NCBI GenBank assembly: GCA_963845755.1
Contig: CAWJTV010000036.1
Span: 224,001-288,000, forward strand
Direction: 5' to 3'
DNA: 64,000 nucleotides
From: an uncultured Planctomycetota bacterium
Lineage (GTDB): Bacteria > Planctomycetota > Planctomycetia > Isosphaerales > Isosphaeraceae
Shown: piece after piece, positions 35,237-45,122 of the stretch
Layout: every line of letters starts with the position of its first letter
Position numbering within the stretch: the stretch's first letter is position 1
Translations under genes and position numbers: made by a program
Notes under the pieces: model-generated
Seen by the model: only the letters and a program-made list of their open reading frames with translations
Database searches by the model: none
What the model was told of the DNA's origin: nothing

Positions 35237-35851
35237 TCAGTTAATCGCAACGGGGCCGAGCAATTCCGTGGGCCGGACTTCCAGGCCAGGCAGGAACACC
35301 GTCCGGTAGGTGCCGTTCTCGGGGACGATGGTCTCTTCCCAGGTATCGCCCTCGCGGCTGAGGACGATCATGCGACGGTTTTCGGCGTCGAGGATCCAGT
35401 ATTCGCGGACGCCAACGCGCAGGTATTCTTCGCGCTTGTCGATCAAGTCGCGATCCTCGCCGCCGGGGCTGACGACCTCGACGACGATGTGCGGGATCCA
35501 CTTCGTCCAGACCCTGGGTCCGGAGGGTTCGGGATCGAGGTAGATCGCCTGGTCCGGATGGCGGTCCGAGACCATGCCCGGCAATCTCATCCGGCATTCG
35601 CCACTGCCGGCGCGATACTTGATGAGGCCAGGATGCTGTTCATCATAGTGGATGAACATCCGCGCGAAACGATCGACGATCCGACCATGCCATGGGCCTG
35701 GAATCTCGGTCACTTCGACGACTCCTCTCGCCAGCTCGTAGAGCCAACCTTCTTGCAAATCGACTGCGATGAATTCGTCCAGCGTCATGCGGCGGCCGTG
35801 ATCCTGCGGGCCGATCCGCATGGTGGGGGCGGGAGCCGTCGCTGTCGCCAT
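35237..35851 (-). CDS. Uma2 (DUF820) family endonuclease-like protein
   Basis: YELARG, HPD, VVEVVSPG, KREEYLRVGVREYWILD. Confidence 0.9.
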   Translation of the reverse strand: MATATAPAPTMRIGPQDHGRRMTLDEFIAVDLQEGWLYELARGVVEVTEIPGPWHGRIVDRFARMFIHYDEQHPGLIKYRAGSGECRMRLPGMVSDRHPDQAIYLDPEPSGPRVWTKWIPHIVVEVVSPGGEDRDLIDKREEYLRVGVREYWILDAENRRMIVLSREGDTWEETIVPENGTYRTVFLPGLEVRPTELLGPVAIN

Positions 35852-35892
35852 CGCTCGACCCTCATTCGGTACGGGGAGTCATCTCATCCAGT

Positions 35893-36216
35893 TTAACGGC
35901 CTCGCCGGGGCATCACCAGGCGGACCAGGCCACTCCAGAGCCCGCGGATGACCGACCAGGCGACGATGAAGGGCGTGCTTGGGTGTTTGAGGACCGTGGG
36001 GATGTTCCGCTCGAAGACGAAGTGGCCGAAGAACATGATCGCGTAGGCCGACACGAAGAGCGCAAGCGACCAGAGTGGACGAAACGGGACCAGCAGGACG
36101 GCGGCGGCGGCCATCGGCCAGCCCACGCCGACGTGGAGGATGTGATTGACCGGATTGCGGTGGTCCTGGCGGTACCGGGCGACCAGGCCGGCTGAGCGGG
36201 GAGCGGCTTCGCTCAT
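35893..36216 (-). CDS. DUF962 / Mpo1-like membrane protein
   Basis: YRQDHRNPVNHILH...GHFVFERN. Confidence 0.85.
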   Translation of the reverse strand: MSEAAPRSAGLVARYRQDHRNPVNHILHVGVGWPMAAAAVLLVPFRPLWSLALFVSAYAIMFFGHFVFERNIPTVLKHPSTPFIVAWSVIRGLWSGLVRLVMPRRGR

Positions 36217-36242
36217 CGGGGACTCCTTTCCTCGGGTTCGAG

Positions 36243-37877
36243 TCAATGCTTGCTCTGGGGAACCTCGGGGACCGCGACGGCCGGGCTGGATCGGGCCAAT
36301 TTGGGGACGAAACCGCGATGGACCTTCGGGTCGGTGTAGGTATCGAGGCCCTTGTGGCTGATCTTACCGTAGTAGGTGGCGAAGTCGAAATGCGGCGAGT
36401 TATCCAGATCGTGGCAGCGGGCGCAGAGACCATTCTTGTCCGCCTGTTCGGCGGTCAGTGCCATGAGCTTGCGGAACTCTGGGGTTTCGGGTTCGGAGAC
36501 GTGCTTCGAGCCCGGCCCATGGCAGTTCTCGCACTGGTTGCCGGCCAGGTAGGGCGTCTCCACCTTGGAGTGCCAGCCCGAGTTGTATTCGAACCCGGTC
36601 GTGTGGCAGGTGATGCATTCCGCATCGTAGATCGTGTTCGGCTTGTGGTCCTTTTCCAGGGAGACGAAGGCCTGGGCGTGCTTGGTCGTCGACCACTTGA
36701 TATACGTGTTCGGGTGGCAGGACTTGCAGTTCTCGGCACCGACGAAGGTCGCGCCGGGCGCGCCGTTGACATAGTTGTGCCGGGTGAATTGCTCGACGAC
36801 CTGGACCTGGCGGAGCATGTCGCGGTATTCGTCCTCGATCAGGGCCTTCATGGCCTTCGCCGGGCCGTCAAATTTCTGGTTCAAGGTCACGCGCTGGTAG
36901 CGCAGGCGCTCGGATTCCTTGGGATAAAGCCCGAAGACCCCGACGTACTTCCCCCTCTGGCCGACGTCGATCAGCCAGGTCTTGCCGCCGTTGAGCCGGT
37001 CGGGCTCGGGGGTCAACGGGTCGGCCGTCTCGGCCGTCGCGACGACGATGTCGAAACCGGGATAGGCCGCCGCGAGCCGCCTGGCCAGCGCCGGCGGGCC
37101 CTGGACCATCAGTACCTGGTAGTCGCTCTTGGGCTCGAGGGCGGCCAGCACGTCGGGTAGGACCTCCTCGGGCCTCTTGACGGTCGGCAGCAGCAGTTCC
37201 TGGTCGGGATCGACGAGCTTGCGGAGCGACTCGGGATCGATCACGGCGGTGACGCCGAGCTTCACCGGGCCGGCGGTCACGACGAGGCTGGGCTGGAAGA
37301 TCGTCTCGTATCCGGCGGCCGGCTGCACGTTGGCGACGACGACCTTGGTGGTCCCGCCGAGGTAGTTGTCGAACCGGCTCAGGGCCTCGCCCACGCCGAT
37401 CTTCAGGTCCTCGGCGCCCAGTGCCATCGCGCTGTAGTTCAGCAGCTTCAGGGCCCGGAGGGAATAATCGAACTTGAGCTTCGCTTGCTCGAAGCCCCCG
37501 CGGGCGACGGCCGGGTTCTTGATCAGGCTCCCCAGGTCGATCTGGCAGGTCGGCCACTGGTTCTGCTCGTGCAGCCGCTCGAGTAAATCATAGCGGCGGA
37601 GCAGGCCGCCAACTTGCCCTTCGGTGCAACCGCACGGCTCCAGGTAGCCGAGTTGCTCGCCCGTGACGATCAGGACCGCCGCGGGATTGCCCAGGTTGGC
37701 CAGTGGTTTCTGCGTCGTCGCGCTGCTCCCGACCGGCGAACCGGTCGGTCCGCTCTTCGAGACGGTTGAGGGCGAGGCTGAGGGGCTGGTCGGGCTCGAT
37801 GACGAGCATCCCACATAGGCCAGGACCGCCACGAACAAGATAACACCGGCCCAGGGGCGGAAGTCGATTCGAGTCAT
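36243..37877 (-). CDS. Lipoprotein with metallophosphoesterase-like N-domain and tetraheme c554-like cytochrome domain
   Basis: YVGC lipobox, GYLEPCGC..GGLLRR, four CxxCH motifs (CKSCH, CITCH, CENCH, CARCH). Confidence 0.9.
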   Translation of the reverse strand: MTRIDFRPWAGVILFVAVLAYVGCSSSSPTSPSASPSTVSKSGPTGSPVGSSATTQKPLANLGNPAAVLIVTGEQLGYLEPCGCTEGQVGGLLRRYDLLERLHEQNQWPTCQIDLGSLIKNPAVARGGFEQAKLKFDYSLRALKLLNYSAMALGAEDLKIGVGEALSRFDNYLGGTTKVVVANVQPAAGYETIFQPSLVVTAGPVKLGVTAVIDPESLRKLVDPDQELLLPTVKRPEEVLPDVLAALEPKSDYQVLMVQGPPALARRLAAAYPGFDIVVATAETADPLTPEPDRLNGGKTWLIDVGQRGKYVGVFGLYPKESERLRYQRVTLNQKFDGPAKAMKALIEDEYRDMLRQVQVVEQFTRHNYVNGAPGATFVGAENCKSCHPNTYIKWSTTKHAQAFVSLEKDHKPNTIYDAECITCHTTGFEYNSGWHSKVETPYLAGNQCENCHGPGSKHVSEPETPEFRKLMALTAEQADKNGLCARCHDLDNSPHFDFATYYGKISHKGLDTYTDPKVHRGFVPKLARSSPAVAVPEVPQSKH

Positions 37878-38104
37878 CGTCTTATCTCCTTTGTCGTGGC
37901 GAGTGTACGGTCAACCCGCGATGGGCGGGTTGGAGTCCCGCCTTGAGACGGAGCCACTTCGGAATCGACCCCGCTCACCAGGTTTCCCCATCTTCACACA
38001 TTCACTCGCCACGCGCCGCTCACGACATCCTGAGGTTTTAGCCTCCTGGCAGATCGGCGAACAGATCAGATCGATCGGAAGGGCCAAGGCCGGCGTGGCT
38101 GGGC

Positions 38105-39247
38105 TCAGCCGGCGTTCGCTTGCGAGATGTAGATCGTCACCGGGATCTTCAGCTCGCCGACCTTGGGGTGGTCGGTCTTCAGGATGATCGGATCGTCCAG
38201 GAGGCCCGGGGGAGAGTCCGGGGGCACTGTGACCCTCATGCGATACCGTCCCGTCACGCCCGGCCTGTCATCCGGCGCGATGGCCACCTGGAGCTTCCCC
38301 GGCACATGGGCCACCTGGAATTGCGTCGCCTTCCCGCCGCGGACGATCAGCGTGAGGTCGCTCGAAGCCCCCTTCCGGCTGGAAACGCTGGGCATCCCGA
38401 GTTTGTCGGGGAAGACGCTGATCGGCCCGATCACCTTCCCGGCGACCGTCACTTTCAGCTCAGGTTGCTTCGGATGATCGGTCTGAAAGACCACTTCCTC
38501 CCGGAACTCACCCAGGGGCATGCCCGGCTTGACCTCCACAACGACATGGTAACCCGACGGGACTCGTCGCGTCTTGAGCTCTTCGGCCGTCATGGGCTTG
38601 ATGTCGGCGACAATCCGGTCCGGGTTCGAGCTCGTCACCTTCGTCACCTTCAGCCCAGCCCGGTCCGGCGAGAGGATCGTGAGCTCCGACCGATTGGTCT
38701 CTTCGTTGGAGATCTTGGGGAATGCCACCGTGTCCGAGGGCTCGACCTCCACCGGAAAGAGGACCTTTCCTCGGATCGTCAGGCTGAGGATGGGAGTGTC
38801 CAGGTCGTTGGTCCCCAGCGTCGCCGTCTGGTGGAATTTGACCCAATTCTTGGTTTCCCAGGTCACCTCGATCGATGTCGAGCCGCCCGGGGCGACCTTC
38901 ACCCGCTTCTTCTCCCCTTTCCCTTTGCCCTTGGTCTTATCGTTCTCGAGCGTGGCGACGGTACACGAACATGAGGTCTCCTCGAGCCAGATGTCGAGCT
39001 CGCCCTCGCCGACGTTCTGGATCTCCCACGAATGGACGCCATCGGACGTCTTGGGCATCGTGCCGAAGTCGAAGACCGGCTGGCCGACGAGCTTCACCTT
39101 CGGTTGGCCTCCTTCGTCTTCATGGAATGACACGGGCGGGGGCGCCTCCGTGTCCGTGTCCAACCCATACCAGAAGGCGAAAGTCCCGGCCACGGTCAGG
39201 ACCACCACCGCACACGCCAGGACGATCCAGCGAACCATCTCGGACAT
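38105..39247 (-). CDS. DUF1573 domain protein
   Basis: N-terminal TM, FDFGTM, IQNVGEG, SCSCT, TND, TDHP repeats. Confidence 0.85.
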   Translation of the reverse strand: MSEMVRWIVLACAVVVLTVAGTFAFWYGLDTDTEAPPPVSFHEDEGGQPKVKLVGQPVFDFGTMPKTSDGVHSWEIQNVGEGELDIWLEETSCSCTVATLENDKTKGKGKGEKKRVKVAPGGSTSIEVTWETKNWVKFHQTATLGTNDLDTPILSLTIRGKVLFPVEVEPSDTVAFPKISNEETNRSELTILSPDRAGLKVTKVTSSNPDRIVADIKPMTAEELKTRRVPSGYHVVVEVKPGMPLGEFREEVVFQTDHPKQPELKVTVAGKVIGPISVFPDKLGMPSVSSRKGASSDLTLIVRGGKATQFQVAHVPGKLQVAIAPDDRPGVTGRYRMRVTVPPDSPPGLLDDPIILKTDHPKVGELKIPVTIYISQANAG

Positions 39248-39399
39248 CCTCCCGTACGCAATACGCGGTGAAGTGAAGTACAGACGATCTCCCGCATCCC
39301 GGTCTTCGGGGGAAAGGCATCGTCGTCAGAAGGCTGAAGGCTGAATCAATCCGATCCTACTCAGCCTTCAGCCGTCATCCTTCAGCCTTTCAAGAGCCT

Positions 39400-40505
39400 T
39401 CAAGAAGGGCCCGATCGGGAGACCAGGATATCGACCGGGATCTTCAGCTCACCGACGAGGGGATGATCGGTTTTCAAGACGATCTCGCCCTCGATCGGCC
39501 CCGCGGCGGTGCCGGGGGGCACCTTGACCGCCAAGCGATAGCGGCCCTTCATGCCCGGCCGATCGTCCGGCAAGACGTCCACGTCCACGTGCTCCGGCTT
39601 GGACACGACCTGGAAATGCGTCTCCTTGCCGCCACGGACCATCAGGGTCAGGTCACGGGAAGTCGCCTTCCCGGCGGGTGACATCGCGCATCCGCAACCC
39701 CGGTGGGACGATGCTGATGGGTCCGATCACTTTCCCCCCGACGGAGACCCTCACCTCCGGCCGCTTGGGATGGTCGGTCTGGACGACCACCTCATCGAGG
39801 AATTGGCCCTGGGGCATGCCCGGCTTGACCTCGACGAGGATGCTAAAACCCTCCTCGACTTTGAGAGACTTGGCTTCATCGGGCGTCAACGGCCTGACCG
39901 TGGTGACGATCCGGTCCGGCTTCGAAGTCGTCACCTTCGTCACCTTCAGCTTGGGCCGGTCCAGCGAGTAAACCGCGAACATCCGCCCGTTCGTCTCTTC
40001 GTTGGAGATCGTCGGGAACTGGATCATCTCCGGGGGGTAGACGACCACCGGTGGGTGGACCTTCCCCTTGATCGTCAGATGGAAGGTGGGGTGGAGCGGG
40101 TCGTTGGTCCCGAATTCCGCCCCCTGCGAATATTCGTCATGGAACTCCTTGGTGTTCCATTCCAGGTCGATCGTGGTCGACTTGCCGGGCTCGACCACCG
40201 CCTTCTGGTTACCCTCGAGCTTGGCGATCGTGCAGGAGCATGTCGGCTTCCCGATCATCCACAACTCCAGGGTCGCCTCGCCGGTGTTCTTGATCCGCCA
40301 GGTGTGCATCCCCTTGTCATGCTGCGACATCTTGTCGAAATCGTAGATCGGATCCTGGTCGATCTCCACCTTGGGCTGGGGCCCCCGGCTTTCATTGACC
40401 GGGGTCTTGGGCGCAGGCCTCAGGATCCGGCAGGTACAGGGGCACTAAGGTCGCCGCCGCGGTCAGGAAGACCACGGCCACCGCCAAGATCACCCACCGT
40501 AACAT
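39400..40505 (-). CDS. DUF1573 domain protein, tandem paralogue (frameshifted)
   Basis: MLRWVILAV TM, IKNTGEA, TCSCT, TDHP; clearly similar to 38105-39247. Confidence 0.8.
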
Positions 40506-40911
40506 TTTGGGAATTCTCCAGATAAGTCCATATGGATGAGGTCGGCGACGATCGCGGAACAGGCCCCTCTGGGGCGGTTGGCCGACGGAACGGCCCACGG
40601 CCGGATCCGGGCGGCGTCCCTCCTCGATTGGATCGCCGGTCACTCTCCTTCGATCTTAAAGGGACAGGCCGTCGGCGGGCAAGCCATCTCGCGATCGAAT
40701 GGTCGGGGGAAAACGGTTCAGTCGCCTCTTGTTTCCGATCGACCGCCGGGGCATCCTAAACTTTCTGACAGAGGGGTCGGTGGCCCAGGACGCGGTCAAG
40801 GAGGCCGGAAGGCCGCCGGAGGCTATCTCGGATCGTCCGCTTCTCTCCCGATGGCCACTCACCACCGGTCACGGACGGCAGACCATGGACCACTGGCGAC
40901 CGACCACCGAT

Positions 40912-41178
40912 ATGAACAAGCTCACGATCGAGGTCTGGGACGCGACGGGCAATAAGAAGCAGTTAGTTGAGCTGCCGTCGGACGCCCCGGTGAACCGGGT
41001 GATCGCCGTCCTCGTCGAGAAGATGAACCTGCCGCGATACAGCCCGGACGGGCAGTTGATGAGTTACAAGTTCCACCACAAGGCCAGCGGGCGGCAGTTG
41101 CTCGACGACCAGACCCTGGCCTCGGCCGACATCCACAGCGGCGACGTGCTGCGGCTCCAGCCGGAGATCACCGCCGGG
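40912..41178 (+). CDS. Ubiquitin-like beta-grasp protein (YukD/EsaB-like), read in frame with downstream E1
   Basis: 89-aa domain VELPSDAPV...LVEKMNL...LLDDQTLASADIHSGDVLRLQPEITAG ending in Gly. Confidence 0.85.
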
Positions 41179-41253
41179 CGCGAGCCGGCGACGGCCGGGT
41201 GTCACCCGTCGGCCCCGAGTGCCCACTCTGAGGAAACGGGGAGGGGCGCGACC

Positions 41254-42447
41254 TTGAGCGACGTGATCCGGATCGAGGACGCGGAGACCGCGGCGGGGCG
41301 GGAGGACCGGTTCGCTCGGTTCCGGCTGATCAGTTGGTGGGACCAGGAGCGGCTGGCCGGTGCGCGCGTCCTGGTCATCGGCGCGGGGGCGCTGGGCAAC
41401 GAGATCCTCAAGGACCTGGCCCTGCTGGGCGTGGGCCGGGTCTTCGTGGCCGATCGCGATCGCGTGGAGAACTCGAACCTGTCGCGCTCGATCCTTTTCC
41501 GGGAGCGCGACTGCGGCCGGCCCAAGGCCGAGGTCGCCGCCGAGCGGGCGGCCGAGATCTATGCCGGGATCCGCGTCCGGCCGTTTTCCGGCAACGTGGT
41601 CTACGACCTGGGGCTGGGGATCTATCGATGGGCCGACGTGATCCTCGGCGGCCTGGACAACCGCGAGGCCCGGGTCGCGATCAACCTGGCGGCGGCGTGC
41701 GCCGGCAAGGTCTGGATCGACGGGGCGATCGAACGGCTCGACGGCGTCGCACGGGTCTTCGACCCGGCCACCGGGCCCTGCTATGAGTGCACCATGGGCG
41801 AGAACGACTGGAAAATGCTCGAGGCCCGGCGCAGTTGTGCCCTGCTCTCCCGCGGCGAGATGGAGCAGGGCAAAGTGCCGACGACCCCCACGACTGCCTC
41901 GATCGTTGCCGGGGTGCAGGTCCAGGAGGCGGTGAAGTATCTCCACGGCCTGGATGTCATCGCCGGACAGGGCTTCGTCTTCGACGGCAGCCATCACCAG
42001 AGCTACCTCGTGAGCTACACTCGCAAGGAGGATTGCCCGGCGCACGAAGCCGATGAGCCGGTCGAGGTCCTCACCGCGCGGGCCGACGCGATCCGTGTCG
42101 GCGACCTTCTCGAGCGCGTTCGCTCCGACCTGGGCCCCGAGGCGGTGCTCGAGACCGGCCGGGACCTGCTCGCCTCGCTCCGCTGCGAAGACTGCGGCGA
42201 GGGCGAGCCGATCTTCGCGTCGCTGGGCAAGGTCACCGAGGCCCAGGGGCGGTGCCCGCGCTGCGGTCGCCCCCGCACGCCCGCGATGTTCCACACCATC
42301 GACGGTCGCCACCAGGACCTCCTCGACAGGACCCTCGCCGAGATCGGGATCCCGCCGTGGGACGTTCTCGGCGGCCGCGCGGGGATGTTGCAGCGGTTCT
42401 ACGAGTTCGGCGGCGATCGCGGCGATGTCCTCGGTCCACTGAACTGA
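41254..42447 (+). CDS. ThiF/MoeB/E1-like adenylating enzyme with Zn-binding C-terminus
   Basis: VIGAGALG, DRDRVENSNLSR, GLDNREAR, PCYEC, RRSC, CEDC...CPRC; own SD GGGGAGG and TTG at 41254. Confidence 0.9.
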   Translation: MSDVIRIEDAETAAGREDRFARFRLISWWDQERLAGARVLVIGAGALGNEILKDLALLGVGRVFVADRDRVENSNLSRSILFRERDCGRPKAEVAAERAAEIYAGIRVRPFSGNVVYDLGLGIYRWADVILGGLDNREARVAINLAAACAGKVWIDGAIERLDGVARVFDPATGPCYECTMGENDWKMLEARRSCALLSRGEMEQGKVPTTPTTASIVAGVQVQEAVKYLHGLDVIAGQGFVFDGSHHQSYLVSYTRKEDCPAHEADEPVEVLTARADAIRVGDLLERVRSDLGPEAVLETGRDLLASLRCEDCGEGEPIFASLGKVTEAQGRCPRCGRPRTPAMFHTIDGRHQDLLDRTLAEIGIPPWDVLGGRAGMLQRFYEFGGDRGDVLGPLN

Positions 42448-42662
42448 GCTGAGAGAATGTGGATGAATTGGATAGAAGTTTTCAAATCCGAGATTTGATG
42501 AACATCATGCTCGGTACGGGGACGACCGGCATTTCATTTTGAATCGAGATCTTCGCGGGCTCCGAGAGTGAGCGACGTGGGGGAAAGCGACTCGAGAAGG
42601 CGACGCGGTCAGGGCAGTTTACGTACTGGAAACTGAAAACCGGACACTGAAAACTGGACAAC

Positions 42663-43778
42663 ATGGACGAGCTCGATATCCGGCTATTGAAGCGTGAGGA
42701 GCTGCCGCAGGAGGTCTTCCCCGGCGGGCGGAGCGAGCCGTTCCGCGTGTTCTTCACGCCCGAGGTCCACGCCGCGCTCTGGAAGCATGCCTGCGAGGAT
42801 ACCTCGGTCGAGATCTGCGGGGTGCTGGTCGGGAGCTGGCATCGCGACGAGGTCGGGCCATTCGTCAAGATCGTCGACTCGATCCGCGGCGAGGGGGCCA
42901 AGACCCAGTTTGCCGAGGTGACGTTCACCCACCAGACCTGGGCGAAGATCAACAGCGAGATGGATACGAAATTCGCCGCGCTCAAGATCGTGGGCTGGTA
43001 CCACACCCACCCGGACTTCGGGATCTTCCTCTCGGATCGCGACCGGTTCATCCAGGAAAACTTCTTCTCCGGGCCGGGCCAGATCGCCCATGTGATCGAT
43101 CCGATCCGCAAGATCGAGGGGGTCTTCGTCTGGCAGAAGAACCAGCCGAGCCTCACCGAACACTTCTGGGTCGGCGACCGCATCGTGACCGGCCTGCCCG
43201 CCGGCGCGGAAGGTTCGGGCGAATCGGCCGGCGATCGTCGCCGAGGCGGGCCGACGGGCGGAGGGACAGGGACCGCACGAGCGCCGGGGTCCGCCGCGCA
43301 AGGCCGCCCCGACGACCCGCTCCCGCCCATGGGGCGGCTCCTGATTTATGGTGGTGTCTTCCTCGTCGGCTACCTGCTGGCTACGCTGTATTCGGGGTGG
43401 GAGCGCCAGCGATTCGTCGAGAGCATGCTGGCGAGCAACGGCGTCGCGTCTCTCCTCCGCCTGGGCCTTTCCGATCAGCTCGATCGATTGCAGCGCGACC
43501 TGGTGGGGGTCGGCGGACCGCTCGATGCCGCGCAGGCCAAGGCCCAGCAGGCGGATTCGGCATTCGGAGAGATTCGCGACCAGTTGAGGGGCGCCTCACG
43601 GCGGATCGAGGACATCAAGGTCCGGTATGGAAATACCGCGACCGAGGACGAGTACCTCCGCCGATTCCTGCTCGAGAAGTATGCCGAGACCGCGCGGGGC
43701 CGGGAGTCGTCGGCCCCGCCGGTCGCCAAGGATCCGCCGCCGTCGCCGGCTGCACCCACCGAGGCCAAGAAGCCATGA
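42663..43778 (+). CDS. JAB/MPN (JAMM) metalloprotease with TM helix and coiled coil
   Basis: EICGVLVG and WYHTHPDFGIFLSDRD (HxH-x7-S-x2-D); TM LLIYGGVFLVGYLLATLY. Confidence 0.92.
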   Translation: MDELDIRLLKREELPQEVFPGGRSEPFRVFFTPEVHAALWKHACEDTSVEICGVLVGSWHRDEVGPFVKIVDSIRGEGAKTQFAEVTFTHQTWAKINSEMDTKFAALKIVGWYHTHPDFGIFLSDRDRFIQENFFSGPGQIAHVIDPIRKIEGVFVWQKNQPSLTEHFWVGDRIVTGLPAGAEGSGESAGDRRRGGPTGGGTGTARAPGSAAQGRPDDPLPPMGRLLIYGGVFLVGYLLATLYSGWERQRFVESMLASNGVASLLRLGLSDQLDRLQRDLVGVGGPLDAAQAKAQQADSAFGEIRDQLRGASRRIEDIKVRYGNTATEDEYLRRFLLEKYAETARGRESSAPPVAKDPPPSPAAPTEAKKP

Positions 43779-43950
43779 CCACGATCCCCCGTCGAGAGAT
43801 CGAGAGCCTGTGGAAGAATCGATTCAAGATCGCAAATTCGAGGTAGAAATAAATGTAATTTCTTCTGATATAGCAGATTACATTTATTGAATCTTGAATC
43901 TCGAATGTTCCATTCGATCCCTTCGCGGCTTCCCAGAGGAGACCCGGCCC

Positions 43951-45021
43951 ATGTCCGCGCCCATGTCACAGGAGCCGCTCCGACTGACCGAGGAGGACCT
44001 GTTCGCCCCCAAGGTGGACGCGTTCCTGGACGAGCAGTCCATGCTGAGCCGGGCGCTGCCCGAGATCGAAACGCAACCGTGGATCCTCCGCGTGGTCTAC
44101 TCGAGCTACTTCTACCTCAGCCTGGCCAGCGGGCTGGGTGCGTTCGTGGGGTGGATGATCTTCGAGCCGTTCATCAGCGACCGGGAGATCGGCGAGAACT
44201 TGATCGGACTCCTGCTCTTTCCGACGGTCGCGGGCTTCGTGGGGCTGTTCCTGGGCGCGGCGGAGGGGATCATGTGCCGCAACCTGCCGCGGGCCGCGAT
44301 CAGTGCCTTGGTCGGACTGGGAATCGGCTTCGTGGGCGGCTTGATCGTGATCATCCCCGCCGGCATCATCTTCGCGATCATGAAAGGGATCATGTTCCGA
44401 TTCTGGACGAACCCCCAGAAAGGTGAGATGCCGACGGGCATCGCCCTTCTGATCTTCATGATGGGCCGGGGCGCGGCCTGGAGCCTGGCGGCGATCCCCG
44501 CCGGGATCGGCCAGGGGATCGCGCTACGTGAGTCGAAAGTGATCCTCAACGGCCTGCTCGGCGCCGTGCTCGGCGGCCTGTTGGGCGGCCTGGTGTTCGA
44601 CCCGATCTCCATCATCATCCCCCCGACCGATGGCGAGGCCTGGCTCAGTCGCGCCATCGGACTGACCCTGATCGGGCTCATGGTCGGCCTGTTCGTCGGC
44701 ATCGTCGAGCAATGGACCAAGTCGGCCTGGCTCCTGATGCGGGCCGGCCCGCTGGCCGGCAAGCAGTTCGTCATCTTCCGCAACCCGACCGTGCTGGGCA
44801 GCTCGCCCAAGGCCGAGGTCTACCTGTTCAAGGACGAGGCGATCGAACCGCGCCACGCCCTGATCCACGACCGCGGCGGCCGCTTCGAAATCGAGGACCT
44901 CAAGACGGCCGACGGGACCTACGTCAACGGCATCCCCGTCCAGCGGCAGATCCTCAAGTCCGGCGATCGGATCGTCCTCGGCAAGACCGTACTGGAATTC
45001 GCCCTTCGGGATAGTAAGTAG
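43951..45021 (+). CDS. Multi-pass membrane protein with C-terminal FHA domain
   Basis: About 6 Gly-rich TM helices, then LGSSP...RHALI...DLKTADGTYVNG...LKSGDRIVLG. Confidence 0.85.
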   Translation: MSAPMSQEPLRLTEEDLFAPKVDAFLDEQSMLSRALPEIETQPWILRVVYSSYFYLSLASGLGAFVGWMIFEPFISDREIGENLIGLLLFPTVAGFVGLFLGAAEGIMCRNLPRAAISALVGLGIGFVGGLIVIIPAGIIFAIMKGIMFRFWTNPQKGEMPTGIALLIFMMGRGAAWSLAAIPAGIGQGIALRESKVILNGLLGAVLGGLLGGLVFDPISIIIPPTDGEAWLSRAIGLTLIGLMVGLFVGIVEQWTKSAWLLMRAGPLAGKQFVIFRNPTVLGSSPKAEVYLFKDEAIEPRHALIHDRGGRFEIEDLKTADGTYVNGIPVQRQILKSGDRIVLGKTVLEFALRDSK

Positions 45022-45025
45022 AGTT

Positions 45026-45107
45026 TTCCGTGTTCCGTGTTCCGTGTTCCGTGTTCCGTGTTCCGTCTTCCGTGTCCGGTGTTCATTGACTGACCACTGA
45101 CCACTGA
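45026..45107. repeat. Heptamer tandem repeats (TTCCGTG about 7 copies, then TGACCAC 2 copies)
   Basis: Directly visible in the intergenic sequence. Confidence 0.9.
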
Positions 45108-45122
45108 AAAAAGGACCACCCC

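Noticed and set aside
35237..35851. Uma2 gene as the restriction partner of the methyltransferase
   Set aside because: Not adjacent, and Uma2 paralogues are typically numerous and stand-alone in this lineage.
40699..40911. N-terminal extension upstream of the Ubl domain
   Set aside because: Translated intergenic heptamer repeats; the beta-grasp domain starts at ATG 40912.
41254..42447. Assigning moeB or thiF (cofactor biosynthesis)
   Set aside because: The partner is a YukD-like Ubl with JAB and FHA; no thiamine or Moco genes and no rhodanese domain.
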